From Gammaproteobacteria bacterium (lineage in GTDB: Bacteria; Pseudomonadota; Gammaproteobacteria; CBDBNL01; JAAOII01): a stretch of 64,000 nt of DNA. The notes under the pieces are model-generated. The model was not told where the DNA came from. It was given only the letters and a program-made list of their open reading frames with translations, and did not search any database. Below, piece after piece: positions 46,403-55,887 of the stretch (position 1 is its first letter; every line of letters begins with the position of its first letter). A program made the position numbers and the translations under genes. The stretch lies in the NCBI GenBank assembly GCA_965207945.1, contig OZ242303.1, positions 1,161,048 through 1,225,047 on the forward strand, in the 5' to 3' direction.

Positions 46403-47940
46403 TTTTTCTGCTGACCACCCTATCTTTTATAGCGGGGGGGGTATATGTAATGGGCTATTCCCCATTTGACTTATGGTTCATGCCTCTAATAGCAGTTTTT
46501 GTTTTAGTGGCGTGTTTGCATAATCAACGTCATTGGCAAGGCGCCATCATAAGTTTTAGTTTTGGTATAGGTTTAATGGGAGTGGGGGTATCATGGATTT
46601 ACAACAGCATTAACATTTATAGCAGCTCAAGTTCTGACCAAGCAGCTATATTAACCGCTGTATTTTGTTTATCCATGGCTCTTTTTTATGCGGTTTTTGG
46701 TTTTGTTTATTGTTACCTAAATCATTCACGTAAGAACATGTTCACCACCTTTAATTCTCCTTTATTATTGAGGGTTGTAAGTTTCCCTGCTATATGGATT
46801 ATTTTAGAATTATGTCGCTCTCACCTATATAGTGGTTTTCCTTGGCTGCTTATGGGAGATAGCATGATAGATACCTACTTAGCAGTATGGGCGCCCATAG
46901 GCGGCAGTTTTTTGGTGGGCTTTTTTGCGATACTATCGGTTGTCGTCCTGTTTCATTGCATAAGGTATATCCCTTCAATATATGTGCGCCGTTATCAATA
47001 TAGGTTGTTTTTATTAGTTTTGATTTGCCTAATTCCCTGGGCTATAGGCGCCAGATTTTCAGAATACTTATGGACGAAAGTGGATGGAGAACCCGTAACT
47101 ATTGCAGCAATTCAGGGCAACATTCCGCAAGAGCAAAAATGGGACATAAATTATATTAACGAAATAGCTGACACTTACAGCAGAGCGACCTTTATAAACT
47201 CTAATAATCAACTGGTTATATGGTCAGAAGCAGCAGTTCCTTACGTGCATCCTGCAGGAATTCCATACTATAGTAATCTACATAATCGCTTGAAATTAAC
47301 CAATACCACTCTAATTTATGGAGCATTAAGAGAAGATGAAGAGCAAAAAGTATACAACAGTATTTTCATCGCAGGAGCGGCAGGAGAAAGACGCAAAGTA
47401 TATGATAAAAATGTCTTAGTTCCTTTTGGAGAATACATTCCTCTTTATAACATCGTAACAAAATTAGCGCCCTTTCTGGATATTAATTTCTATGATACTA
47501 GCGCCGGCAATAACCCATCTTCCTTTCAAGCTGGCAATTTGATAATTGCTCCTTCTATATGCTTTGAAATAACTTTAGGTAGCTACGTATCAAGAATAGC
47601 TAAAGACAGCAATGTCCTTCTTACTCTTAGCAATGACAGCTGGTTTGGCGATTCTTTAGCGCCTCATCAGAACATGCAAATAGCCCGTATGCGAGCCATA
47701 GAAAACCAAATGTACTTAATACGAGTAACTAATAATGGCGTAACAGCAGTGGTTAACCCTTATGGCAAAATAACTGCAAAATTAAAGCAGTTTCAGTCGG
47801 GCGTGCTTGAAGCATCAGTAGTTCCCAGGAAGGGCTGGACGCCCTATCAATTGGCAGGAGATATCCCACTGGCATCTTTTTGCATGCTGATATTATTCAT
47901 CGGCATAATAAAACGCAGACGTTCCATTATAAATATATAG
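46399..47940 (+). CDS. lnt: Apolipoprotein N-acyltransferase
   Basis: About 7 N-terminal TM segments plus a CN-hydrolase domain with WSE and SICFE (catalytic Cys). Confidence 0.88.
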   Translation: MIFLLTTLSFIAGGVYVMGYSPFDLWFMPLIAVFVLVACLHNQRHWQGAIISFSFGIGLMGVGVSWIYNSINIYSSSSSDQAAILTAVFCLSMALFYAVFGFVYCYLNHSRKNMFTTFNSPLLLRVVSFPAIWIILELCRSHLYSGFPWLLMGDSMIDTYLAVWAPIGGSFLVGFFAILSVVVLFHCIRYIPSIYVRRYQYRLFLLVLICLIPWAIGARFSEYLWTKVDGEPVTIAAIQGNIPQEQKWDINYINEIADTYSRATFINSNNQLVIWSEAAVPYVHPAGIPYYSNLHNRLKLTNTTLIYGALREDEEQKVYNSIFIAGAAGERRKVYDKNVLVPFGEYIPLYNIVTKLAPFLDINFYDTSAGNNPSSFQAGNLIIAPSICFEITLGSYVSRIAKDSNVLLTLSNDSWFGDSLAPHQNMQIARMRAIENQMYLIRVTNNGVTAVVNPYGKITAKLKQFQSGVLEASVVPRKGWTPYQLAGDIPLASFCMLILFIGIIKRRRSIINI

Positions 47941-49530
47941 GTGAAAAAATCCAATCCTCTAAAATCTGGGATTCTCATTTCATCCTGGACTTTCGCCTCA
48001 CGTATACTCGGATTAATTCGTGACATAACCTTAGCAACAATGTTTGGCGGCAGCGGACTAATGGACGCTTTTTTAGTTGCTTTTAAAATCCCCAATTTTT
48101 TCAGAAGATTATTCGCCGAAGGCGCCTTTACTCAATCCTTCTTACCCATGGTAATTGAGTTCCAAAGTAAAAAAGAACAACAACAATTAAAAGAGTTTCT
48201 ATCCCACACTATGGGCTTCGTCCTTATCGTCCTAACTATAATCTGCGCCCTTGGAGTAATTGGTTCGGACTTTCTGATTCTCTTATTTGCTGGCGGCTTA
48301 TCACTATCCCCCGAAAGATTTGAATTAGCATCATCAATGTTACGGATTACTTTCCCCTACTTGGGATTCATTACCCTCACCGCCTACTGCATGGCATTAC
48401 AAAACAGTCACAACAGATTCGGCTTGCCTGCTTTTACTCCGATTATTCTCAATGTGACAATGATAACCTCGGTTATGTTCATAAGTCCGCTACTTGAGAC
48501 ACCAATTAAGGCAGCCGCCTGGGCAGTTCTTATCGCTGGTATTTTCCAATTATTAGTGCAGCTGCCAGCAGTTCATAAATGCTCTCTTTTACCTCTGCCT
48601 AAATTTAAAATAACACTTCATCCTTCAACTCGTCGCCTGTTAATTTTAATGGCGCCTGTCCTATTAGGCGGGTCGGTAGTGCAGATTAATTTATTAATTG
48701 ATACCTTGCTCGCTTCTTTCTTAGCAGAAGGTAGCATCTCATGGCTATACTTTGCCGAGAGATTAATTCAGTTGCCTTTAGGAGTGTTCGGCATAGCAAT
48801 TACCACCATCATGATGCCACGTTTAGCGCGTCTACGCCACACATCAAGAGGGGGAGGAGCAGAAGGAGCGGGAGGAATGAGAGGAGCGCGCGCCACCCGT
48901 TACTTTTTATCATGGGGAATGCGCATGTCATTAATCATAACTTTGCCTGCCGCTCTGGGTCTAATTATCATGGCTAAACCAATACTTATAAGTATCTATT
49001 ATTATGGCTCCTTTGCATTGGAGGATATAAATAACACCGCGCTTGCACTGGCGGCTTATGCTATTGGCTTGCCTTCCTTTGTATTTATAAAGATTCTATC
49101 CTCAGTATTTTTTGCTCGTCAAGATACAAAGACGCCTTTAAAGGCGGCACTGATTGCAACTGGCATAGGCATAACTCTTAGCTTAACTTTGATTTGGTTT
49201 TTACAGCATGTAGGGCTTGCATTAGCAACTTCTATTGGAGCAACTTTTAATGCCGCATTTTTGGCATTTATTTTACGCAAGGATAAGATGATTCCTATAA
49301 ACCTGCCGACCATAAAATTCTTATTACAATTATTAACTGCTTTAGTGGTTATGACAATTTTCCTGCTTTATGTTGCCCCGCTATTACAAGTTTATGGCGG
49401 AAGCTGGAGCGATATGTTAGCCCTAGAGCGAGCAGTTAACTTAGCTATTATTATCTTTTCAACTATACTGATTTACTGCGCCACTTTATCCATAAGCGGA
49501 TTAAGATGGCGCGATATAAACATAGCTTAA
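47941..49530 (+). CDS. murJ: Lipid II flippase MurJ
   Basis: FGGSGLMDAFLVAFKIPNFFRRLFAEGAFTQSFLP is the hallmark MurJ N-terminus. GTG start. Contains a Gly/Arg-rich insertion (SRGGGAEGAGGMRGARA). Confidence 0.9.
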   Translation: MKKSNPLKSGILISSWTFASRILGLIRDITLATMFGGSGLMDAFLVAFKIPNFFRRLFAEGAFTQSFLPMVIEFQSKKEQQQLKEFLSHTMGFVLIVLTIICALGVIGSDFLILLFAGGLSLSPERFELASSMLRITFPYLGFITLTAYCMALQNSHNRFGLPAFTPIILNVTMITSVMFISPLLETPIKAAAWAVLIAGIFQLLVQLPAVHKCSLLPLPKFKITLHPSTRRLLILMAPVLLGGSVVQINLLIDTLLASFLAEGSISWLYFAERLIQLPLGVFGIAITTIMMPRLARLRHTSRGGGAEGAGGMRGARATRYFLSWGMRMSLIITLPAALGLIIMAKPILISIYYYGSFALEDINNTALALAAYAIGLPSFVFIKILSSVFFARQDTKTPLKAALIATGIGITLSLTLIWFLQHVGLALATSIGATFNAAFLAFILRKDKMIPINLPTIKFLLQLLTALVVMTIFLLYVAPLLQVYGGSWSDMLALERAVNLAIIIFSTILIYCATLSISGLRWRDINIA

Positions 49531-49601
49531 ACTAACAGCAAAATTTCTGTAGAGGCGAGTCATACCCGCGACCTGCACAGTTATACAGGTTATATAGCCC
49601 C

Positions 49602-50654
49602 CTAAAGCAAAATCCCTTGTGCTTTCTTTTTATCCCGCGCAATTTGTTGTTTCAGTTCCTCCAGCCCGCTAAATTTTTTCTCTTCCCTTATCCTTTCTAC
49701 AAATTCTAATTTTATAGATTTGCCATATAAATCAAGATTAAAGTTAAGTATATGAACTTCAACATTAAAACGGTTGCCTCCAACAGTGGGACGAACACCT
49801 AAATTTGCTACTGCTGGCAATCTTTTCGTTACTACTTCCGCCCCCGCAACATCCCCGCCAACATCAATGCCAACATCCCCGCCAACATCAATGCCAACAT
49901 CCCCGCCAACATCAATGCCAATATCCCCGCCAACATCAATGCCAGCATCCCAGCCGGCATCCGCATCAAGCACCTCAACCCAGCAAGCAAATACTCCTCT
50001 AAGCGGAGGAATAAATCCCTTGAGATTAAGATTAGCCGTAGGAGTTGCCAACTTACTTCCTCCTATACCACTGCCTTTTACCACTCTACCAATTATGTAA
50101 TAAGGATACCCCAGATACTCGTTTGCCTTTGTTAACTCGCCTTTTCCCATAAACTCTCTTATGATACTACTACTGATTTTAGCGGAGCTATTAGGGTAAT
50201 CTTTCACTGGAGCATAGCTGAATAAGCCGCTCAATTGCGCTTGCTCTAATTGCTGCTGCCCGCCATTTCTATCAGCACCAAAATGGAAATCTTCGCCAGT
50301 GATTATGTGAGATGCATTTAATTGAGACACTAAAAAATCTTTGATAAATGCGCCGTGAGATAAGCGGCTGAATGGATGAGTGAAGTTAACCACTAAGAAA
50401 ACATCAATATCTTGCTGATGGATTAGGTCAAGTTTAGTCCGCAGGTTAGTTAATCGGCACGAAGTGTTGGTAAATAATTGCCACGACAACGGCTCAAAAG
50501 AGCACACCACAGATGTTAACCCTAAGGATTTGCTATCTTCAATTAATTTTGAGATTAGCTTTTGATGCCCGCGATGCACCCCATCAAAGTTGCCAATAGC
50601 TACTGCAGTGGGACGTTCAAAATGCAGATCACTGGAAAAACGGATAATTCTCAT
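49602..50654 (-). CDS. ribF: Bifunctional riboflavin kinase / FMN adenylyltransferase
   Basis: AIGNFDGVHRGHQKLI (FAD synthetase) and PTANL...VANLGVRPT...EVHILNF (riboflavin kinase). Carries an in-frame tandem repeat insertion. Confidence 0.9.
   Translation of the reverse strand: MRIIRFSSDLHFERPTAVAIGNFDGVHRGHQKLISKLIEDSKSLGLTSVVCSFEPLSWQLFTNTSCRLTNLRTKLDLIHQQDIDVFLVVNFTHPFSRLSHGAFIKDFLVSQLNASHIITGEDFHFGADRNGGQQQLEQAQLSGLFSYAPVKDYPNSSAKISSSIIREFMGKGELTKANEYLGYPYYIIGRVVKGSGIGGSKLATPTANLNLKGFIPPLRGVFACWVEVLDADAGWDAGIDVGGDIGIDVGGDVGIDVGGDVGIDVGGDVAGAEVVTKRLPAVANLGVRPTVGGNRFNVEVHILNFNLDLYGKSIKLEFVERIREEKKFSGLEELKQQIARDKKKAQGILL
49849..49944. repeat. In-frame tandem repeat, 4 x 24 nt, inside ribF
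   Basis: acatccccgccaacatcaatgcca repeated at 49849, 49873, 49897 and 49921 (the last has one mismatch). Encodes (GIDVGGDV)n on the minus strand. Degenerate copies flank it. Confidence 0.9.
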
Positions 50655-50700
50655 AGCTATATAGTCATGATAATCATTGTAGTCATAATAGTTGCGCGGT

Positions 50701-50772
50701 CATCTCCTCTACTATTTCCTCTATCATCTCCTCTACCATATTCTCTACTATTTCCTCTACCATCTCCCCTAA
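50701..50772. repeat. Intergenic 12-nt periodic repeat, 6 units
   Basis: catctcctctac / tatttcctctat / catctcctctac / catattctctac / tatttcctctac / catctcccctaa. Lies between the ispB stop and the ribF start. Confidence 0.85.
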
Positions 50773-51761
50773 TAGACGCGATTTACTATAGCGTGGGTTA
50801 GATATTCCAGTGACTCAGAGACACTATTGTGTGGCATATCCTCTAAGTTATTCCGCGCCTTAGTAGCAAAGTCCGCAGCAAGATGCTGAATACGTTTTAG
50901 AGAATTACCAGAACACACTATTCCCCCTATTTCCTCTACTTCATTTATATCCTCTGCGAGTTCGCTATTTTTGATAACTGCACAGGTCCGCTCTTGTTGT
51001 GTTTTATTCATTTCTTCATAAGCATAAACCAAAGGCAGGGTTATTTTTCCTTTACTTAAGTCCTGCATTGCTTCTTTCCCCCATTTGCCCTCATCCTCAT
51101 CCTTAATCTTATAATCCAATGCATCATCACAGAGTTGAAATGCCATTCCTATGTTCATTCCAAATTGTTGCGCCTGCTGACGATAACGTTCATCCGCACT
51201 AATTACTGCAGCTGCCTCACAAGTAGCGCCAAACAAAACCGCTGTTTTTTCCCGCATAATATTAATACACCTGCTGCTATCTGTTAATAGCTCTGTATCA
51301 TTCTCTGAACCCAGCTCATTAATTTCACTAATACTCAAGCGCTTAGCTGCATGGGCAAATATTTCCACAGTCGCATGATGACTACTTTGTCCTATAATCT
51401 CAAAAGCTCGTGAATAAAGAAAATCTCCTATAAGTATGGCGGTCTTAACATCCCATTCTAAATGTAAGGGTTTTTTGTTACGTCTCTTAACTGCATCATC
51501 AATAATATCATCATGAATTAAAGATGCGGTATGAATATACTCAACCGCCACCGCCAACTTAAACCTATTCTTATCATCACAACCAAAAAGAGAGCAAAAA
51601 GATAATAGCAGCTGAGGACGAATAAATTTACCCTGTGTAGAAAGCACATAATTAACTATATGTGATATTTGGGATACCTGAGGACTATCATCATTGACCG
51701 AATTATTGAATTCAGCATGAAAGGTCTTAATATCCTTCTCTAACTGATTTGCAGGAAACAT
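50769..51761 (-). CDS. ispB: Octaprenyl-diphosphate synthase (long-chain polyprenyl diphosphate synthase)
   Basis: First DDxxD region LIHDDIIDD and second CDDALD. Confidence 0.88.
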   Translation of the reverse strand: MFPANQLEKDIKTFHAEFNNSVNDDSPQVSQISHIVNYVLSTQGKFIRPQLLLSFCSLFGCDDKNRFKLAVAVEYIHTASLIHDDIIDDAVKRRNKKPLHLEWDVKTAILIGDFLYSRAFEIIGQSSHHATVEIFAHAAKRLSISEINELGSENDTELLTDSSRCINIMREKTAVLFGATCEAAAVISADERYRQQAQQFGMNIGMAFQLCDDALDYKIKDEDEGKWGKEAMQDLSKGKITLPLVYAYEEMNKTQQERTCAVIKNSELAEDINEVEEIGGIVCSGNSLKRIQHLAADFATKARNNLEDMPHNSVSESLEYLTHAIVNRVY

Positions 51762-51807
51762 ATATTTATTTGGGTATTTGGGTATTTGGGCAGTTTGATA
51801 GTTTGCT

Positions 51808-52647
51808 CTATGAATTCCCTGAACTTAACACATCTTCCATAGTATACAAGCCAGCAGAGGTTTTTTGTGCTAACCATTTAGCCGCTCTTAATGCGCCTGA
51901 GGCAAAAATTTCTCGCGAATATGCTTTATGACTTATAGATACAGTTTCATTATCTCCTATAAAAAAGATCTCATGCTCACCAACCAGTCCACCACCGCGA
52001 ATTGCCTGCATGCCTATACTTCCTGGCGACCTGGCTTCTCTGACACTGCTGCGGTCGGACACTGCCACTTCGGTTAAATTCTTGCCACGCGCCTTAGCTG
52101 CTCTTTTACCCATTTCCAATGCAGTTCCAGATGGCGCATCAATTTTATGCTTGTGATGTGCCTCCACTATTTCAATATCATATTCTTCTCCAAGCATGGC
52201 TACAGCGCGACCTATCAACATAAAACATGCGGTAACCGCTGCACTCATATTAGCCGCCTGCAGTATAGGAATTTGCTGTCCTGCATCCGTTATACTTTGC
52301 AATTGCTGCTCAGAATGTCCAGTAGTGCCAATCACCAAAGGAATGCTATGCTTAATGCAATGCTCCAGGCAAGTCATAGTAGCTGCGGGGATGGAAAAAT
52401 CAATGAACGCAGCACAGTTTTTATTAGGAAAACTCCCTGGCAAACTCCCAGGGGGCTCATTAAAAGAGTCCTCACTCGGAAATGCTGATGCGTAAAGTAC
52501 TCCAGCTTGGCCCGTTTCTTCGCCTTCTTTGTGGCTCCCCACTTCAACAATTGCAGCGCACAGGGATAATTGCTTTGATTTAACGATATTTTCAACGAGT
52601 ATTTGACCTATTCTGCCTTCTGCCCCGTTAACTCCAAAATTTAGCAT
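51808..52647 (-). CDS. dapB: 4-hydroxy-tetrahydrodipicolinate reductase
   Basis: GAEGRIG N-terminal nucleotide-binding motif and EAHHKHKIDAPSGTAL signature. Carries a small PPGSLPGSFP insertion. Confidence 0.9.
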   Translation of the reverse strand: MLNFGVNGAEGRIGQILVENIVKSKQLSLCAAIVEVGSHKEGEETGQAGVLYASAFPSEDSFNEPPGSLPGSFPNKNCAAFIDFSIPAATMTCLEHCIKHSIPLVIGTTGHSEQQLQSITDAGQQIPILQAANMSAAVTACFMLIGRAVAMLGEEYDIEIVEAHHKHKIDAPSGTALEMGKRAAKARGKNLTEVAVSDRSSVREARSPGSIGMQAIRGGGLVGEHEIFFIGDNETVSISHKAYSREIFASGALRAAKWLAQKTSAGLYTMEDVLSSGNS

Positions 52648-52682
52648 AAATAAAGGTTATCTTATGTTATAATACATGGTTT

Positions 52683-53903
52683 ATGATACTTTTCATTATA
52701 AGTAATAATAGGTTAAAAATCACCTATAAGGCAATAATTAGTGTAGCTGTAGCCATAATTGGCTTTGGGCTTATCCAGAATATAGCAGCTAATCCAAGAA
52801 TTACTTTCCTATCACCATATTTTGCGGGGCAGGCTAACAAAATCGGTAAGCCCTTAGGGCTGGCAATTACATTTTCTGAAAGCGTATACGGCTTTGATGC
52901 AAACGATATAGTTAGCAATGGACGTGTCTTAGCAGTGGATGGAAGTAATCGTAATTACCGTATCGTAGTAGTCCCTTCCAATAAAATTCTCGTAGTGGAT
53001 GTACTTGCTGATGGAGCAAAAAATATAAGAGCAAAGGGAAATGACCCAATTGACGGCGGTCCTTTCATTTACAATATAGAAACCAATACTGTGCTATCGC
53101 GCAACTATGGACAGATTGCTTATGCCCCTTCTGGCGCTTATTTGACAAATCAATTTCAACCTAACCAACAATATCAACAAATTCCACAATATCAACAAGT
53201 TCAACAATATCAACAAATTCCGCAAGCACAAGCTGTTCAACAAATTCCGCAGGCACAAACAGCAAGTCAAACTCCCACCGAACCAAAAACTTATAAAGCA
53301 GGCCTCGCCGTTAAATTTATGATGAATATTGGATCTTACGGAGGAAGTGCTCCTTTTATTAATCGCAAATCTCAATCCCTTGCAACATCACAACCCACTA
53401 ACGAAATAACTACTGGGGTTGAAATAGTAAAATCATTCGCAAATAGCCCCATAGGCGTGGGCTTTTATAGCAGTATAGGTTATCAAATAACAGAATATGC
53501 CACTGGCAGTAATGTGGCAGAAGGGTTAACGGCAAAGGGTAGATATACAGCACTTCCATTAGAATTAGGGGCTAGCGCTTATTTTGGTAATTATGTAAAT
53601 CTTGGTTTTGGGGTTATAACTCATTTTAATGGAGTTTATAGCCACGAAGGCAGTTTTGATCCGATTGTGGGCGTAGCTCAAGATAACTTAAAAGCGGATG
53701 CTAAAATTGATGATGGCGCTATAGGGGCGACATTTAATTTAGGATTTGTCTTCAACAAGATAGGATTCTCTTTACGTTATATGTCATTGCCGCTCAAAAA
53801 TTTTAACCAGGACTCACGCAGTTTGGGTTATGAAACAGCAGTTAACTACGAAACTCTCAACTCCATTAATAGCGCTGGCTTTTTTCTTAATTTCAGATCA
53901 TAA
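52683..53903 (+). CDS. Putative outer-membrane beta-barrel protein with N-terminal Ig-like domain and Gln-rich linker
   Basis: Signal-like N-terminus and an ITFSESVYGFDANDIV.NG.V....G.N..Y.IVV.P segment, a pattern common in bacterial Ig-like domains. Also a QQYQQIPQ repeat linker and a C-terminal region of alternating hydrophobic residues ending FFLNFRS. Confidence 0.4.
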   Translation: MILFIISNNRLKITYKAIISVAVAIIGFGLIQNIAANPRITFLSPYFAGQANKIGKPLGLAITFSESVYGFDANDIVSNGRVLAVDGSNRNYRIVVVPSNKILVVDVLADGAKNIRAKGNDPIDGGPFIYNIETNTVLSRNYGQIAYAPSGAYLTNQFQPNQQYQQIPQYQQVQQYQQIPQAQAVQQIPQAQTASQTPTEPKTYKAGLAVKFMMNIGSYGGSAPFINRKSQSLATSQPTNEITTGVEIVKSFANSPIGVGFYSSIGYQITEYATGSNVAEGLTAKGRYTALPLELGASAYFGNYVNLGFGVITHFNGVYSHEGSFDPIVGVAQDNLKADAKIDDGAIGATFNLGFVFNKIGFSLRYMSLPLKNFNQDSRSLGYETAVNYETLNSINSAGFFLNFRS

Positions 53904-53920
53904 GCAGGTCATAAGCAATA

Positions 53921-54814
53921 ATGCCCCACTTCATCACACTTGCTGACCTGCCAGCGGATAGCTATGAAAAATTAATTCCCCGAGCAATTGAACTTAAACA
54001 GCTACTGAAAGAAGAAAAAACATCACCTCAAACATTAAAGCAAAAGTCGTTTGTTATGCTGTTTGAAAAGCCATCAACTAGAACTAGAATATCTTTTGAA
54101 GTAGGTATCTCTCAGATGGGCGGAAATGCAATATTCATAAGCGGAAAAGATAGTCAGATGTCACGTGGCGAACCTATCAGAGATACGGCGCGCATCATCT
54201 CATCAATGGCAGACGGCTTAATTATTCGCTCCAATTCGCATAAGGATATTATAGAGTTCGCCGCCAATTCAACAGTTCCTGTTATCAATGCTCTTTCTTC
54301 AGATTTCCACCCTTGCCAAATACTGGCAGATTTAGTCACCTATTACGAGTTGCGTGGCGATATTAAAGATAAAAAAGTGGTGTGGTGCGGCGATGGAAAT
54401 AATATATGTAAATCATATATTCAAATGGCTAGCATAATTGGATTTCAATTACATCTTGCTATCCCAAAAGAATTCCTACCCGAAGCATCATTTATTGAAG
54501 CACACAAGGACTGGGTAACCATAAGCCCCAACATAGAAGAAGCAATGAAGGATGCTTCTTTAGTATGCACCGATGTCTGGGTATCTATGGGAGATGAAAA
54601 CGCTGATGCTAAACGAAAGATACTGCAAGATTTTCAAGTTACTCCGCAGATGCTTGATATGGCAAGAAGCGATGTCCTATTTATGCACTGCCTTCCGGCT
54701 AAGGAAGGAGAGGAAGTATCACAAGGATTATTGGATGATGCTCGCTCTGCTGTTTGGGTGCAAGGAGAAAATCGTCTGCATAGCCAAAAAGCTCTACTGG
54801 AACTTCTATTCTGA
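53921..54814 (+). CDS. argF: Ornithine carbamoyltransferase
   Basis: FEKPSTRTR, HPCQILAD, DVWVSMG and HCLPA motifs. Confidence 0.9.
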   Translation: MPHFITLADLPADSYEKLIPRAIELKQLLKEEKTSPQTLKQKSFVMLFEKPSTRTRISFEVGISQMGGNAIFISGKDSQMSRGEPIRDTARIISSMADGLIIRSNSHKDIIEFAANSTVPVINALSSDFHPCQILADLVTYYELRGDIKDKKVVWCGDGNNICKSYIQMASIIGFQLHLAIPKEFLPEASFIEAHKDWVTISPNIEEAMKDASLVCTDVWVSMGDENADAKRKILQDFQVTPQMLDMARSDVLFMHCLPAKEGEEVSQGLLDDARSAVWVQGENRLHSQKALLELLF

Positions 54815-55546
54815 TTTAACTTTCCAGGCAGATAATAATATTCCCACCTCATAAAGCAGACACATAGGAATAGCCAATAAAACCTGAGAAAATATATCTG
54901 GCGGAGTCAGCAACATAGCCGCAACAAAACATCCCACAATAATATAGCGGCGATTATGTCGCAAGGTTGATAGTTTTACCAAGCCAAAACGCACCAGCAC
55001 AAAAATGGCAATCGGAAGTTCAAAAGCTAAACCAAACACAATACTAAGACGTAAAATAAAATTAAGGTACCTATTAATATCTGTCATTATTTGTACCCCC
55101 TCAGGAGCTATGCGATAGAAAAAATCCAACGTCAAGGGGATAAGTATAAAATATACAAAAAATACTCCTAAATAAAATAACGCCATTGTAGATAACAAAA
55201 GATATACGACCAAACGTTTCTCTTTAACATAAAGACCTGGTGCCACAAAATACCAAATCTGATGAATTGCCAAAGGCATTGCAATGAAAAGTGATATAAA
55301 GGCAGCGAGTTTTAGCGGCGCAATAAAAGGAGAGGCGACATCAACTGCAACCAATGCGCCCCCTTGAGGCAATTTGTCTATTAAGGGACCCGCAATTAAA
55401 GAATATAGTTCCCCCGCAAAATAAGCGCAGACGATAAACAGCAACAACCAGATGCCGACTATGATAAAACATCTGCGCCGTAATTCAGCAAGATGTTCAA
55501 GGATAGGGAGAGAGGAAGTCATATAGTCATGTTGCTTTATTGTCAT
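54806..55546 (-). CDS. tatC: Sec-independent protein translocase TatC
   Basis: LPILEHLAELRRR N-terminus and 6 TM segments. The ORF-track start at 55693 runs through the tatB repeat in another frame, so ATG at 55546 or 55522 is preferred. Confidence 0.88.
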   Translation of the reverse strand: MTIKQHDYMTSSLPILEHLAELRRRCFIIVGIWLLLFIVCAYFAGELYSLIAGPLIDKLPQGGALVAVDVASPFIAPLKLAAFISLFIAMPLAIHQIWYFVAPGLYVKEKRLVVYLLLSTMALFYLGVFFVYFILIPLTLDFFYRIAPEGVQIMTDINRYLNFILRLSIVFGLAFELPIAIFVLVRFGLVKLSTLRHNRRYIIVGCFVAAMLLTPPDIFSQVLLAIPMCLLYEVGILLSAWKVKSE

Positions 55547-55832
55547 TAGAGGAATCCGCCCTTTCCTCTTCATTATTTTGGGGGTTATTTTGGGGGCTAT
55601 TCTTTTGACTATTCTTTTGGTTATTCTTTTGACTGTTCTTTCCGCTGTTCTTAATGGTCTCATCCAAACGCAATTGCTTATCAAACTCATCAATAACCTT
55701 AGTATAAAAACTTCTCCCCTTACGAACCGTCAATCCCATATAGCGCGCAGCGACTAACAGCTTAGCTGGTCCCAATACCAGCAGGGCGACTGTTAAGACC
55801 AGTAGAATCTCAAAAAAACCAATAGAACCCAT
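55527..55832 (-). CDS. tatB: Sec-independent protein translocase TatB
   Basis: MGSIGFFEILLVLTVALLVLGPAKLP-like N-terminus (TatA/B family) and position between tatA and tatC. Repetitive KNSQKNN tail. Confidence 0.8.
   Translation of the reverse strand: MGSIGFFEILLVLTVALLVLGPAKLLVAARYMGLTVRKGRSFYTKVIDEFDKQLRLDETIKNSGKNSQKNNQKNSQKNSPQNNPQNNEEERADSSNDNKAT
55573..55656. repeat. 12-nt periodic in-frame repeat (7 units) in the tatB 3' region
   Basis: ttattttggggg x2, then ctattcttttga, ctattcttttgg, ttattcttttga, ctgttctttccg, ctgttcttaatg. Encodes the KNSQKNNQKNSQKNSPQNNPQNN tail. Confidence 0.85.
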
Positions 55833-55887
55833 ATTTGTAGAGAATTATGCATCCCCGCACTCATGCTTCCATGCTTGCGGCGAAGCA

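Noticed and set aside
49774-50100. Plus-strand ORFs (108 aa and 65 aa) with PTSMPTSPPTSM and QHPRQHQC repeats
   Set aside because: They are alternative-frame or antisense readings of the 24-nt tandem repeat within ribF. The ribF frame is supported by conserved motifs on both sides of the repeat.
49849-50772. CRISPR array (regular short repeats at 49849-49944 and 50701-50772)
   Set aside because: The units are directly adjacent with no unique spacers. One array is in frame within ribF, and no cas genes are present.
55547-55693. N-terminal extension of tatC with a basic repeat (TVKRITKRIVKRIAPKITPKIMKR)
   Set aside because: The extension is the tatB 12-nt repeat read in another frame and overlaps tatB by more than 160 nt. 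The conserved TatC N-terminus (LPILEHLAELRRR) starts just after ATG 55546/55522.
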